Assembly (NCBI RefSeq): GCF_006345805.1
Contig: NC_043005.1
Span: 106,144,001-106,208,000, forward strand
Length of the DNA: 64,000 nucleotides
Direction of reading: 5' to 3'
DNA from: Octopus sinensis
Lineage: Eukaryota
Numbering within the stretch: the stretch's first letter is position 1; every line of letters begins with the position of its first letter. A program made the translations under genes and the position numbers. The notes beneath the pieces are model-generated. The model made no database searches. It was not told the origin of the DNA and worked only from the letters and a program-made list of their open reading frames with translations. This document shows positions 25,974 to 39,690 of the stretch, piece by piece.

Positions 25974-26204
25974 GCCGGTGCTGGTGCTGATACTAGTACC
26001 TTTATAAAATGGATCCAGTATATTCCGTAAAGTGGTTAGTGTTAGGAAGAGCATTCAGCCATAGAAACCTTGCGAATGATTGAAATGCTTGAGTGAGATG
26101 TGTTCCCTTGAGTTATCTTGGAGGATAGTGAATCGAAATGAGAGCTGATATGTATGGAGTGGGATAACCTATTCAGCCCATGCTAGAATGGAAAGCAGGC
26201 ATAA

Positions 26205-26276
26205 CAACCTGATGATGATGATGATGACGATGATGAAGATGATGATGATGATGATGATGATGACGACGACGATGAA

Positions 26277-26315
<39 letters not shown>

Positions 26316-26565
26316 AATGATGATGATGATGATGATGATAATGATGATAATGATGAGATGATGATGATGCTGATGATGATGATGATGACGACGACGACGA
26401 CGATGATGATGATGACGATGACAATGATGAAGATGATAATGATGATGATGATGATGACGATGATGATGATGAAGATCATGATCATGATCATGATCATGAT
26501 GACGACGACGACGATGATGATGTGAAGAAAGGGGCAGGAAGGGGAGGAGGTGGAGGAAGAGGATG
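26205..26565. repeat. (GAT)n/(GAC)n trinucleotide array
   Basis: Directly visible. Confidence 0.97.
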
Positions 26566-27016
26566 TATATATTGGTGTGTGGTGAAGCCTGTCTTCATAT
26601 TCTTTTTCTTTTATTGCTACACAAAATTCAGTTTAAAAATAAGCTGAAATTCAAATAATTCCAGAGAAAAAGAGAAATCCACAAAAGAAAAAAAAAAAAA
26701 GAAAAAGAAAAAAATGAAACAAACATAAAAATACAAACCAAATATAAAAAAAAAATGAACCAAACAGTTACAGTTTGTGTTATTGTTGTTGTAATTGTTA
26801 CCGGTTATATTATTATTATTATTGTTGTTGTTGTGGTGGTGGTTTTGTAATGAATTTTCTTTGTTATTCAGTTTGAGTCAAATGAAAGATTTTTATTGAA
26901 TGAACTGTGGTAGTGGGAGGAGAGGAGTTTGGTACAGAAGCAACAGCAAAAATAACTGCAGCAGCAGCAGCAGCAACAGGAGTAATAACAGTAAGTACCG
27001 TAGCAGCAACAACAGT

Positions 27017-27384
27017 GTGGAGGCACAATGGTCCAGTGGTCAGGGCAGTGGACTTGCGGTCATAAGAACGTGGTTTCGATTCCCAGACTGGGCGTTGTGT
27101 GTGTTTATTGAGCGAAAAGTACCTAAAGCTCAACGAGGCTCCGGCAGGGGTCGGTGGCGACCCCTGCTGTACTCTTTCGCCCCAACTTTCTCTCACTCTT
27201 TCTTCCTGCTTCCTGTCCCCGACTTCCTATGCAACCGCTGAGCCTGGATGCGCATTCATCCATCCGTCGATGCTCTCGGTGTCGGGGTTGACCTGCTTTC
27301 TCTTCTGCGGGTCTTACGAATAGCAAAGGACCACGTTTTCGACTTCTCCCATCTTGCGAGCTCTGGGACGAAGACCGTTCACTC
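27017..27384 (+). mobile_element. SINE D, long-tail form, within (CAG/CAA)n
   Basis: A/B boxes; closely matches the reverse complement of 25593-25973. Confidence 0.9.
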
Positions 27385-27414
27385 AACAGCAGCAGCAGCA
27401 GCAACAACATCAGT

Positions 27415-27603
27415 GTAGAGGCACAATGGTCCAGTGGTTAGGGCTCGGACTCGCGGTCGTAAGAACACGGTTTCAATTCCCAGACCGGGCATTGTGAGTG
27501 TTTATTGAGCAAAAACACCTAAGCTCCATGAGGCTCCGGCGGGGTGGGGAACCCCACTGTACCCTTCCACCACAACTTTCTCTCCCTCTTTCTTCCTTCT
27601 TCT
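27415..27603 (+). mobile_element. SINE D, 3'-truncated, in tandem with the previous copy
   Basis: Same head. Confidence 0.85.
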
Positions 27604-27887
27604 GCCACAAAGCAGAGGAAGCATGGTGTAACTCACTATGGCATGGTAAACTCTCAGACCCTAGTCTAGATTGCGAATCCTCTGTACCCCAGGATGGTTC
27701 AGCTCCCCACTCGTTAAAAGCCACCATGTACGGAATGAAGATAACAACGTATCTTTTGCCCAATTTTTTAGTGTAGTGTTATGCCTTTTAAGGAGAAGAT
27801 TTATATTTCATTCTTTTATTTGTTGTTTTAGCCTTAATTATTTATTGAATAACTACTCTTACACATCATATATAGCATTATTTAATT

Positions 27888-28093
27888 TTTTTCTACTCTA
27901 GGCACGAGGCCTGAAATTTAGTGGGAGGGGGCCAGTTGATTAGATCGACCCCAGTATGCAACTGGAGCTTAATTTATTGACCCGAAAGGATGAAAGGCTA
28001 AGTCAACCTCGACGGAATTTGAACTCTAAAGACAGACAAAATACCTCTAAGCATTTCGCCTGGCGTGTTAACGTTTCAGTTAGCTCACTGCCT
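27888..28093 (-). mobile_element. SINE C, tail type 1
   Basis: As 6478-6688. Confidence 0.8.
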
Positions 28094-28364
28094 TATATAG
28101 CATTATTTGATTAAATAACTAATGTTTTTATATGTGGTAGTGCTGGATATACTTGAAGTATTGAATACAATAAATAGTATTATTTAGTTGCCCTCCTTTA
28201 TGTTCTGATATAACGGCATATTTAAAGAACTGTACACCATGTGTAGTGTAAGTTAGTTAAGCCCCTTTTATGCTTTGATATGGTGGAGAATTAGGACTAA
28301 ACAACGACCTCAACACCAACAACCTCAATCTTCTTTTCCACAGCTCCATACATTGTCGGGGGTA

Positions 28365-28520
28365 CGTCCCCCGACACTTAGCGGTTCGGCAAAAGAGACC
28401 GATAGAATAAGTACTGGGCTTACAAAGAATAAGTCCTGGGGTCTATTTGCTCGACTAAAGGCGGTGCTCCAGCATGGCCGCAGTCAAATGACTGAAATAA
28501 GTAAAAGAGTAAAGAGTAAC
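28365..28520 (+). mobile_element. 3' half of SINE AB
   Basis: cttagcggttcggcaaaagagaccgatagaataag ... gactgaaataagtaaaagagtaaagag. Confidence 0.85.
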
Positions 28521-30018
28521 TAAACCTTAGTCTATGCAGTGTGGTCTTCAGCCAAATAAGTTGTATCTTCTGCTGTGGATCAATGGATTGCTTCGAGGGA
28601 TTCAGCTGATTAGTAATGTGTTAGAAATTACTTGGTTCAGTCTTAAAAGAAAATAATCGTTACTCATAATGAAGTATAATGTAGTACGTACCATGTTTTT
28701 GCTAATTATTTTGGGTGCTTATGTAGTTGTAAGGAGACAAAGACGCCCTCTCAGCCTTTCCACATTTGACCAAACAGAATATGAGAATGTTGTTGGTGGA
28801 GGGAGAGAGGGCAGCACGAGCATTGAGTCGGTACTCATTTTTAGCAAAGTAGACTGGAACAAAGCGAAATGAAGCATCTTACTGAAGGACAAAACATGCC
28901 ATTTGGTTCAGGAATCGAACCCACAACCTAACTGATGGCTGTAAGTTCATCACCTCCAACCAAAAGTTGTCGGTGCAGTTGTTCTTTAGCCCCAAGTTTG
29001 CTCTGGGGCTATATTACAACTAAAACAACCACAATATTCGTTTCAAACAACCTTTATTGACTTCTATTTGAGTTCTTTAACACATCTATGATTGCAATTT
29101 AGAAATAGAGAAAATCATGATTACAACATTTTGGTTAGAAAAATTGAGATCTTTTTCTTAATATAATTCAAGACGTTGTCTCCAACAGTTATTTTAATAA
29201 TTGCTGCCTTTAGACACAAGTAATTTTACAAATACTGCATTCTTTCAGATACCTTCTATTGGTGTGGTTCCATGTATTTCTTGTGTTGCTCCTAATGAAA
29301 AAATTCTTCAATAACAAAGAGCAGGTCTGCTGCTTGTTTCCTATGACTAGAGGCTAGTTTCATGAATTTGTTTTTCCTACTTAGTCAGAGAACATTCTTT
29401 TTTTCTCCAAAACACAATTTTTCTTACTGCTGACATATCTTTTTGTTGATTTTAATTGACAATTCTTTGTTTGGCAGTTAATGGAATATCTAAATTATTA
29501 TCATTATCATCGTCATTATTATTATTTATCTATTTATTGCTTTTAGCTTCTTTTTTTTCTAATAGTATTAAAAGCTAAGAGCTTCAACACGAAATAAAAG
29601 AATGAAGCCTAAAATACGCAGATCTTGTTTGATTTAATTACATTAAAAAATATAGAAACTTAGAGCAACAAATAAACGAAAAGATGAAGTTTTGCAAGGC
29701 AAGGAGAATCACTGAGAAAGAAGGCACCGATTCCAGATGGCAGACAAAAACAAACGGCAATAAAGGAAGACATACAAGGACAGAGAAGTCATTTCGTCAC
29801 ATTTTTCAAAATTAAATCAGATTGCTAAAGTTAAAAAAGAAGAAACCCGAATGGTTTAAGATTATAACGACAAAAATTGAAAGATAAATAGGTGTTATAT
29901 TTTGGAGCAGGGAAGCCGAAGGTATAAGTGTGAATATACATATAAATATATACATAAATGCATACACATATACATGTATACATACATATATGCATATATA
30001 CATACAAGCATAGTCATA

Positions 30019-30066
<48 letters not shown>

Positions 30067-30141
30067 TAAGGTAGAAATTGATATTTATCAATTAAGACCA
30101 GTGGTCTAGCATATTAAAAAAGAATCCGAAGATTAAAATAT

Positions 30142-30366
30142 TATATATACCAATTAAGGACTGAACACGAAAAGTGGACAGTCAACATGCTAGATATAGA
30201 CGTCAAATCGCCATTCACCACAAAAGATTATGTTCTCAGATCAAACTCAACACAAAAGTTTTGTGTTGAGTTTGATCTGAGAACATAATCTTTGTGTGTG
30301 AATGGCGATTTGACGTCTATATCTAGCATGTTGACTGTCCACTTTTCGTGTTCAGTCCTTAATTGG

Positions 30367-30374
<8 letters not shown>
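30142..30374. mobile_element. Fold-back element with about 115 bp arms and a 1 nt loop, followed by (TA)n
   Basis: Near-perfect palindrome centred on G30258. Confidence 0.85.
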
Positions 30375-30405
<31 letters not shown>

Positions 30406-30573
30406 ATATGTATATATATATATATATGTATATATATATTGAGGTTATAAGAGATAATAGTGACATTGAGACCCAAGGTGTCAGGTCATGCTGCATAAAT
30501 GCTATAGACAGACCATTGTTAAGTTCCAGATTCAGTAATAATGCAAATAAAGGGTTCAACGTTGGTTCTATGT

Positions 30574-30631
<58 letters not shown>

Positions 30632-30685
30632 GGAAAAAAAAAGGTCAAGATAGAAAATGCTAAATTATTTTTATAATAAACATTT

Positions 30686-30721
30686 CAGTACTGGTTTCAG
30701 TCATTGAAACTTTTTCAACTG
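30686..30721 (-). ncRNA. Minimal hammerhead-like motif, U3-A8 variant
   Basis: cag-TTGAAAA-AGTT tcaat GACT-GAAA-CCAG-TA-ctg. Confidence 0.5.
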
Positions 30722-31229
30722 TAAGTATGGAAAAACAATAAAATCAAGAAAAATTTTTTAAAGTTTTTTTAAAAGAATATTTGTATAGTGTTCAAATACA
30801 ATTGACATTTTCCTTGTTTCTGCCTGTCCCTGTCTCTCTTGTTTACTATATATATAGGCACAATTTCAAAATTTCCCCCAAGTACCCATAAATGCAAACA
30901 AAACCTTCGTGAAGATGAAGAGGAAGCCTAAAAAACACTGAAGAATGACAATTCAATCATCGTAAAATCATCGTAAAAGAATCCGATAGTAATCATGGCT
31001 TGCGGTGGGTTTGGAGGTGAGATATGTTGAAGGCACTTGAAAAAACCTGTGGAAAAAATTATTTCACACTGAAGTATGAATGGATCCTTTACGGAATATT
31101 TACTCAAGATCAGGACAGGAAGACAAATAGAAGGATCGATGAGACTGATAAAGCAAGTGCTGAGCATCTGAAGGGACAGAGAGAAAGAGACAAAAGTTGG
31201 AGACATCATGAATTGGATGCTCATGTGAA

Positions 31230-31474
31230 TACAAATGGAATAAAACAAGTTTTGTGTAAATTGACCCACAGGTTACCGAGATACATGGATTTTTTCAGGT
31301 ACCTTTATAAATAGCCAAACTGGCATGTAATGGAAAAAAATGCTCTGAAAGTAAGGTACCGTTGAAATGTGAATAACAGAAGTTTCACATAAATCGGACC
31401 ACGGATTCCTGAGATACACAGCTTTTTGGGGTACCTTGAACTATTGTTGACCCAACAGGTCACGAGTAGTCTAG
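31230..31474 (+). mobile_element. Probable Helitron 3' portion
   Basis: Hairpin tgacc/ggtca about 8 nt before CTAG|T at 31471-31475; 5' end not located. Confidence 0.4.
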
Positions 31475-31650
31475 TATGCATATATATATAAACAGTTTGG
31501 CTGCTTTGTTTCTCTGGAGACTGTTAGAATGATGAGAATGCCTCTAATGGAAACCCAATAAGATTCGAAAAGTAATTAAGGTTATTCATCTTTTTTTTCA
31601 GTCGACAGATAAATGGCTAAAATTTGCCCTGTTTATAATTATACCATATG

Positions 31651-31689
<39 letters not shown>

Positions 31690-31690
<1 letters not shown>

Positions 31691-32290
31691 TCATCATCAT
31701 CATCGTTTAGCGTCCGTTTTCCATGCTAGCATGGGTTGGACGGTTCTAATGGGGTCTGTGAAGCCAGAAGGCTTCATCAGGCCCAGTCAAATCTGGCAGT
31801 GTTTCTACGGCTGGATGCCCTTCCTAACGCCAACCACTCCGAGAGTGTAGTGGGTGCTTTTTACGTGCCACCCGCACAGGTGCCAGACAGAGCTGGCAAA
31901 CGGCCACGAACGGATGGTGCTTTTTATGTGCCACCGGCACGAGGGCCAGGCAAGATTGGCAACGTACACGAAACGGGGCGGTGCTGGCAACGGTCACGAA
32001 ACGGAAGGTTCTCTTACATGCCACCGGCACTGGTAACACATCTGCAATTTCCATTGATCGATTTCGATTCTGATCCTCACTTGCCTCAACAGGTCTTCAC
32101 AAGTAGAGTTTTGTGTCCCAAGAAGGGAAGGTATTGCATACATAGGCTGGCTCCATCCCATGTAGAAGGCCACTTGTCCTGCCGGATCTTCTCGCGCACA
32201 GCACACTTCCAGAGGACTCGGTCTCTAGTCATTTCCTCAGTGAGACCTAAAGTTCGAAGGTCGTGCTTCACCACCTCGTGCTTCACCACC
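31690..32290 (-). mobile_element. 5'-truncated RTE LINE 3' end carrying the family F tail
   Basis: EVVKHDLRTLGLTEEMTRDRVLWKCAVREK resembles an RTE ORF2 C-terminus, followed by the F 3' UTR and (GAT)n. Confidence 0.85.
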
Positions 32291-32446
32291 TATATATATA
32301 TATATATATATATAGGTTCAGTAAAATTTAGATTCAGTTGAATATGGTACTTAAGTTAAAGGCACCAGAATTTAGTATGGTATTGTCCATATAATTCAAA
32401 ATGGGGTGATTACAATCAAAATAAGCAACAAGGATATCCAGAGGTA

Positions 32447-32526
32447 ATGCAGTACGATCGTTTCATGTGACTTCATTTAATTGAACAATGCATATGTTAC
32501 ATCAGTAGAGCAACCTTCAGCTGCAT
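32447..32526 (-). ncRNA. Mirror hammerhead copy with A9>G
   Basis: atgcag-CTGAAGG...GAAA-CGATCG-TA-ctgcat. Confidence 0.55.
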
Positions 32527-32565
32527 AAAATGAATCCTTTGGATTTAACTAAATTCTATATTTTT

Positions 32566-32655
32566 ATGCAGCTGAAGATTGCTCTACATTTTAAAACTGA
32601 TGTAATATTTGCATTGTTCAATTAAATGATGTTGCATGAAACGATCGTACTGCAT
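32566..32655 (+). ncRNA. Type I hammerhead ribozyme motif, near-intact
   Basis: Stem I atgcag/ctgcat, CTGAAGA 32572-32578, stem II (T.T then TGC/GCA), GAAA 32638-32641, palindrome CGATCG, TA cleavage site after 32649. Confidence 0.75.
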
Positions 32656-32899
32656 TACCTCTGGATATCCTTGTTGCTTATTTTGAGTATATATATATAT
32701 ATCCACACACACATGTATATACATAAAATACATACAAATTTGCTCTCCACAATACTTAGGATTAAAGAAGCTATTGATGATGCAACTGTTACTATGGGTG
32801 TCTTTTATACTTATCTGATGGGAGGGAAATATTACTGACAATATTTTAAGAATGCTGTCGTAGTAGTGTTATTTGAGTCTCTAATAGATGATTGGAGAG

Positions 32900-33335
32900 A
32901 GTTATTCCATGAAAGGAAATGAGTGTGAAGACTGAAATTTGCAATGGCTATAAACTGTACTCCTTGCATGCCTGGTTGTCCTTACTTTTTAGCAGTCTTG
33001 TTTTATTGTATAGACGATAGATGCATTGTGCACTGTTTTGTGTACTTTGTAGTCAGCTGTGATTTATTGTGGAGAGATTAAGATCCAGGTAGTGTTGGCT
33101 TGGCTTGGAATGTATCTAATGCATTATTTGCACACAATTTTTATTGTTTTTCTCTGTTGGCTGATGGTGGTATCTGTATGATTGTTGTCCGTAGGTTTGT
33201 GCATTGCTTTGCTCTCTTAACGAGGTTTTCAATTTGTGTTGGGTATGTTATAGAGGTGTTGTTTATAATTCCAAGAATTTTTAGTAGGTTGTTGATATCA
33301 GCAGGCTTCTTGAATAGTTTTAATATTATAGTCTT
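32900..33335 (-). mobile_element. Possible decayed Penelope-like RT thumb / GIY-YIG linker coding remnant
   Basis: KPADIN...TYPTQIENLVKRAKQC and LLKSKD..STVYSHC loosely resemble PLE motifs; contains stops and frameshifts. Confidence 0.3.
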
Positions 33336-33921
33336 CTGAAACTAGATGTTTTAGTAAGTGCTGCTGTATCTAAAAGCAGTATTACAAACCGTAACAATGT
33401 AATATTCTTTCCAATCATAGGCACAAGGCCTGAAATTTTGAAGGAGGGTGAATTTAATTACATCGACCCCAGTGTGCAATTGGTACATATTTCATCGACC
33501 CTGAATGGATGAAAGAATGGTTATATGTGCATCTAAAACAGAGAATGCATAGTAAGTGGAAGTGTGTCAAAATCTGTATCATTAATTTTAAGGATTAATT
33601 TTCTTCTATAAAGTCCATGATTATTACTTTGAAATACAAATAAATTAACTTAAGCACAATCTGATTTTGGCTAGCAGGTTAAAGAATAAAAAAATCTATA
33701 ATAGTTAATCAAAACTTTGTCCCTGGTAGGCATGAAATACAAGGCTGAAATTATATATCTAATCTAACAATATAATTACCTCATTTATCTTATATCTTCA
33801 AAATTGTTCTAACTCTCAATACCTAACTTTCTGCTCTATGAACAAATAGATGTGTCTTGTAGAATGCATGAATTTCTCTGCGATATATTTTTTTTCTCTC
33901 CTTGTTTTTTTTTTTGTGTCC

Positions 33922-33957
33922 CTTTCTGCAGAAGAGCGTAGGCTCGAAACGTAAAAG
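33922..33957 (+). ncRNA. Minimal hammerhead-like motif (A6>C, extra A after A9)
   Basis: cttt-CTGCAGAA-GAGC gtag GCTC-GAAA-CG-TA-aaag; palindromic ACGT stem III. Confidence 0.55.
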
Positions 33958-34122
33958 ACTTTTACAATTTCTGAGCGTTATACTAATACATCTGTTTGTT
34001 TTGTACACCACCTGTCTTCGCCTTTTGCTTTTTTCGTGAACTCTTCCCCTATATATATCCAACCCATGCTAGCATGGAAAGCGGACATTAAACGATGATG
34101 ATGATGATGATGATGATTTGTG

Positions 34123-34160
<38 letters not shown>

Positions 34161-35255
34161 ACACACCACACACATTCATACAAAGGGTCTCTGTCTACCA
34201 AATCCACTCACAAAACTTGTGTTGGCCTGTGGCTCTTATAGAAGATACTTATCAAAAGCACCACATACTGGGATTGAACCTGAAACCATGTAAATACACA
34301 TTGTTACCAGGTGAGGAGGGTGTAGCAGACACCCTACAGGATTAAAAAGCAAGACCTGTTACATGGAGGATGAGCCAGTGGCCATCTACATGACTGGTGT
34401 CTTACAAAAACATCCTGCATGTTGGTTGGCAAACCATGCAGCTAGTCCAAGATTGAACCTACAAAAGTTCCAACGAAAGAAATACCGTTCTCTATAAGTT
34501 GGAATCAATGTCAACTAGTGATGTGGCATGGAGCAAAGAAGTAAAAGAGGTTAGAAGTGACTACTCTGTAAGAGAAATGTAGTTACAGATTTTTTAAAAA
34601 TTGAAATCGCAGGCATCATTACTCCAAGAATCGTGTTTCTGATCTCCAGACAATTTTAAATATTTATGCAAGAAATAAAAAAGGAAGAAAGAAAAAACTG
34701 TAGGCTGTGATTTCACACAAAAATTTTAGGGAAAAACTGTATTTTGATTGGTTGAAAATAAGAATAGTTTATCCATGTATATGTCTAGATACGTATGTGT
34801 GTGTGTATGTGTGTGTGTGTGTCTATACACACATAAATACATATGAACACACATACATGCGTGGACACATGCACACACATAAGAACTATATGAATCTCTA
34901 TAGCAACAACAAAAACAATAATATAAATGTCAATGCTATTAATCATGATGATAACGATGAACATGACAGTAATGATGATGATGATGATGATGATGACAAC
35001 GATGATGATGATGATGTCGATGCTCCATATAATAATAATAATAATAACAACAACAACAACAACAATAATCATAATAATAATAATAATAATAATAGTGATA
35101 AATATCTTAATATTAATAGGAATAACAACAACCAGTTTTTTTTTCAATTTAACTTCATTTTCGTTTCTATACTTCTTTATGTTATTCCTATTATTTATTT
35201 ATTTATTTATATATGTATTTATTTATTTACTTATTATTTATTATAGATACACACA

Positions 35256-35308
<53 letters not shown>

Positions 35309-35314
35309 ATATTA

Positions 35315-35364
<50 letters not shown>

Positions 35365-35760
35365 TCACACACACACACACACTCACACACACATACATAT
35401 GTATATATTGAGAACCATTTTTCTTTAAATCAGATCATATTCAGTTTGCCTTAGAACATTTTCAATGAAAGTTCAATATAATACAAAAAATTTTTTTCTT
35501 CATTATTTAACAGAGAAAAAAAAATTTTTTCTGCTTCCCACCCTCTTTTTTTTTCTCCCTCTCTTCAAGCATCCCCTCCTCCTGCCTTATTTTCCCCCCT
35601 CCTACCACCACTCCATCCACAACAACATTTTTACATTTCATTTATCTTTCCTTGTATTTCAATCTATGAAGAAATATCACATTTTCTTTATGAAATATAT
35701 ATACATACATACACACACACACACATATATATATATATTCATATATATATATACATATAC

Positions 35761-35794
<34 letters not shown>

Positions 35795-36199
35795 TTTGAA
35801 TTGTATATATATATGTTATAATATATATGCTATATACATGTGTGTATATGTGTGTGAGTGTGTTATATATATATGTGTTGTGTGTTGTGTGTATGTGTAT
35901 ATATATGCTGTATCTTAGTCTGCTGGCATTTTTTTTTCTGATCTATTTTTCTTTAAATATTTCACTGCTTAACAAATTTTTTTCACTCCTCTATTTATGA
36001 TTCTCTTTTCTCTTTTTTTTTTATTTTATTTTTTTTTGCATCACTCGTCCTTCTTCTTCTAACGTTAATCTTGAAAATGTTCAAAAGCAAAAGCAAAATT
36101 ATATTAAAAAAAAATAAATCAAGAAATACAACAACAACAGTAGCAACAACAACCAACAACACCAACAACAATAATAAGCAAGTATTACCAGTACTGCTT

Positions 36200-37080
<881 letters not shown>

Positions 37081-37089
37081 ACTATATCT

Positions 37090-37800
37090 CAATGCGTCCG
37101 TGTTCCATCATTCTTGTATGCCAGCTAACATTACACATCCATTGGAGCATGTTCACCTTGCTGCTTTCCAGCCTCCATGCATTCTTAGCATCCAATGCTT
37201 CTGTTTTCCCTACCTTGCAATAGATGCTTCATTCAAAAGGCTCAACACATTCTGTCCTTTACCAGGAGAAGGAAGCTATTTTCTACCAACAGAGGTAATA
37301 TTTAATATCTGGCTTGTATATGAGTCGTTTCTGGTTTCAAAGCGAAGTAGTCACCTTTGCAGAGGCAATACCCATCTCTTCTCTTCTTATAGTAAGGATT
37401 CAACTTGGTGACAAATAATTACTGCTCTCCTTCCACATGAAACAATGAACGTCATCTATTTTGGGTGTCTGTAGGTAAAGACTGACCAAACCTCCGTAAA
37501 AACTTGGACAAACCGGTAAGCAAGTGTTCCTTCTCAACATTATGCATGCAAGTCTCCCCTTTCTGAAAGGAAAAGTCTCAGAATTGGGATGATATCGTTT
37601 GGCACCAATGTTGTTTCAGACATTGCTGTCAGAATCCAAAGAGCCAAGACAAAGACAAACTTGCTGCCTGATTCTCTAATATTTCTACTGATCCACTGCT
37701 CTGGGCCTGTAATTTTTTATAGACTCTGAAATGTTAAAAGTCAAGTTGATCTTTTCTGGATTGAAGAGAGCAGAATCATAGCAAATACCACAAGGCATTT
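37090..37800 (-). mobile_element. Decayed RTE LINE fragments
   Basis: ALDAKNAWRLESSKVNMLQWMCNVS (about 37130-37210) resembles an RTE C-terminus; TAMSET (about 37620) resembles the APE motif. Confidence 0.5.
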
Positions 37801-38400
37801 TCTCCTATGTACTGATGACCTCTATTCTGTTACTCTTTTTTTTTTTTGTCTAACTACACCTTGCAAATCTTAATGTACCTGATCCTGAGTCACACAACTT
37901 AATGTGTCTGATCCTTGGTTCAAGTGCATTTGGCCAGCTTTAATCCGTCTAAGTCTTAGTCATAGTTTATCTGATACAGCTAAGTTTTCTTTAAGATAAT
38001 AAGGCAAGATTGACAGAGATTTAGCTGCTATTTCTTGCAAATTAAGTTACTACTTTCAAGATTTCCTCATCAGCTTAGGGTAACTTAGAGTTTGTTGGCT
38101 CAATCATTATTAAACTGAGTATATATAATGGTAGACTATTATTTTTTTAATTACAGAATTTGTAAAGTGACCTAAGTAGTAACTGTGATATTATATATAG
38201 GTCATTTTCCAGGAGTTTATTAGTTATTTCTAATGCGATATGTCTAGTTAATATTTAATTAGCATTTCAAATCTAATAGGTCTAGTTAACATGTAATTAA
38301 CAGCACTATTATGAAATGTCTAATTAAGATTTAATTGATGGCACCAATGGGATAGGTCATGCTAACATTTAATTGGTAGCACTAATTGGATACATCTAGT

Positions 38401-38603
38401 TTATTCATGTTTTAAAAATTTTATTGAATTTCTCTTGAGAAAGTGGTTGAACCCATAGTCTTTAGCAGATGAGATAACCAAACATTCATGGTCGAAAATT
38501 TTGACCGAGATCCATTCGAATGTGAAGTGATGGGATCTTTGTGCTACTAAAGGAGGCATGATTGGTATTATCTCATCGAATGCTGTCTTCAGAGCTTCCT
38601 TTT
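38401..38603 (-). CDS. Candidate terminal coding exon (xKEALKTAFDEIIPIMPPLVAQRSHHFTFEWISVKIFDHECLVISSAKDYGFNHFLKRNSIKFLKHE*)
   Basis: Stop-free, protein-like frame of about 66 codons; acceptor gatctcag at 38604-38611; product not recognised. Confidence 0.4.
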
Positions 38604-39424
38604 CTGAGATCAATATAAGTTTTACATGAAATTGCATATAGATGATGCTTGAGTCCAGGTGGTTAGGGAATAATGAGAGGTGATATCATTTGTACAGAAG
38701 AAAGCAGTCTTGAAGGTGACTGTAAGTTAATGTATAGGAAGAAGAGTGTGGGAGGTAAAGCTAAGCCTGAGAGCAAGCTAGAGTTGACAGAATGTGGGTC
38801 AGAGAGAGTTCTATCAAATCAATGCAGGCCACAGTGGTGTGGCCTGACAGGAAATCACTTAACAAGGAGATGAAAGCACATGGAGGCCATTAGCAGGCAG
38901 TTCTGCTATGCGATTTGTTTCAGGGATGGTGAAATGTCTTGCTGATATTAATAGGAACAACACTGTTTCACTTAATTTTCAAATTGTGGTGCAGGGTAAA
39001 AGCCATCAGGTTTGTAAGGGTGGAGGATTTCCCCATGTAATGTAGGCAGATGTTTTGCTTAAACCATTACAGTGGAGCTACTATGAGTGAATCAGTTGGG
39101 GAACTAAGGGTTGAGTTTTGTTGTGTGAGGAACATTCCTAAGATGAAAGTTTCAGTGGCTCTCTTATCTGTTTCTGAGTGGTCAGACAGAACTGAAAGAC
39201 ATGTGCTGCAAAGGATAGTTAACATAAAACTGGCCGAACCCTGACTAATCAACTAACTTGCTGTACCATAGGGACTAGGAGTGTAGAGAGGTTAGGGTTA
39301 GGGTTGTATGTAGGGTGTCATGTAGCTAGCTGCATTAAGGCAGTGTTGGTTTGGTAGAGGTTGATTTTGGAGGTGAGAAAGAGATCAAGAGTGTTTGGAG
39401 AGTCTTTGTATTGGTCAAGTTAGC

Positions 39425-39690
39425 ATGTAAAAGATGTGGTGGCATGTAAAAAGCACCAACCAATCGTGGCCATTGCCAGCCTACCCTGGCACTTGTGCCG
39501 GTGGTACGTAAAAAGCACTCACTACACTCAAGGAGTGGTTGGCATTAGGAAGGGCATCCAGCTGTAGAAACACTGCCAGATCAGACTGGTGCCTGGTGCA
39601 GCCTCCTGGCTTCACAGACCCCGGTCGAACCATCCAACCCATGCTAGCATGGAAAACGGATGTTAAACGATGTTGATGATGATGATGATG
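39425..39690 (+). mobile_element. Family F repeat
   Basis: As other F copies, ending (GAT)n. Confidence 0.85.

Larger units (their letters stand above)
32417..32687. mobile_element. Fold-back element with a hammerhead in each arm, followed by (TA)n
   Basis: 32417-32530 is inverted against 32561-32687 with several indels. Confidence 0.85.

Noticed and set aside
29253-29291. Possible 39 nt minus-strand micro-exon (GATQEIHGTTPIEG)
   Set aside because: Splice signals are plausible, but the surrounding sequence also looks like a decayed transposon and nothing links it to other exons
30939-30975. CTGAAGA-ATGA...TCAT as a hammerhead
   Set aside because: Followed by CGTAAA rather than GAAA; no stem I
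38040-38078. Minus-strand CTGATGA...GAAA as a hammerhead
   Set aside because: Stem II is only G.U pairs and stem I is out of register; likely chance within another repeat
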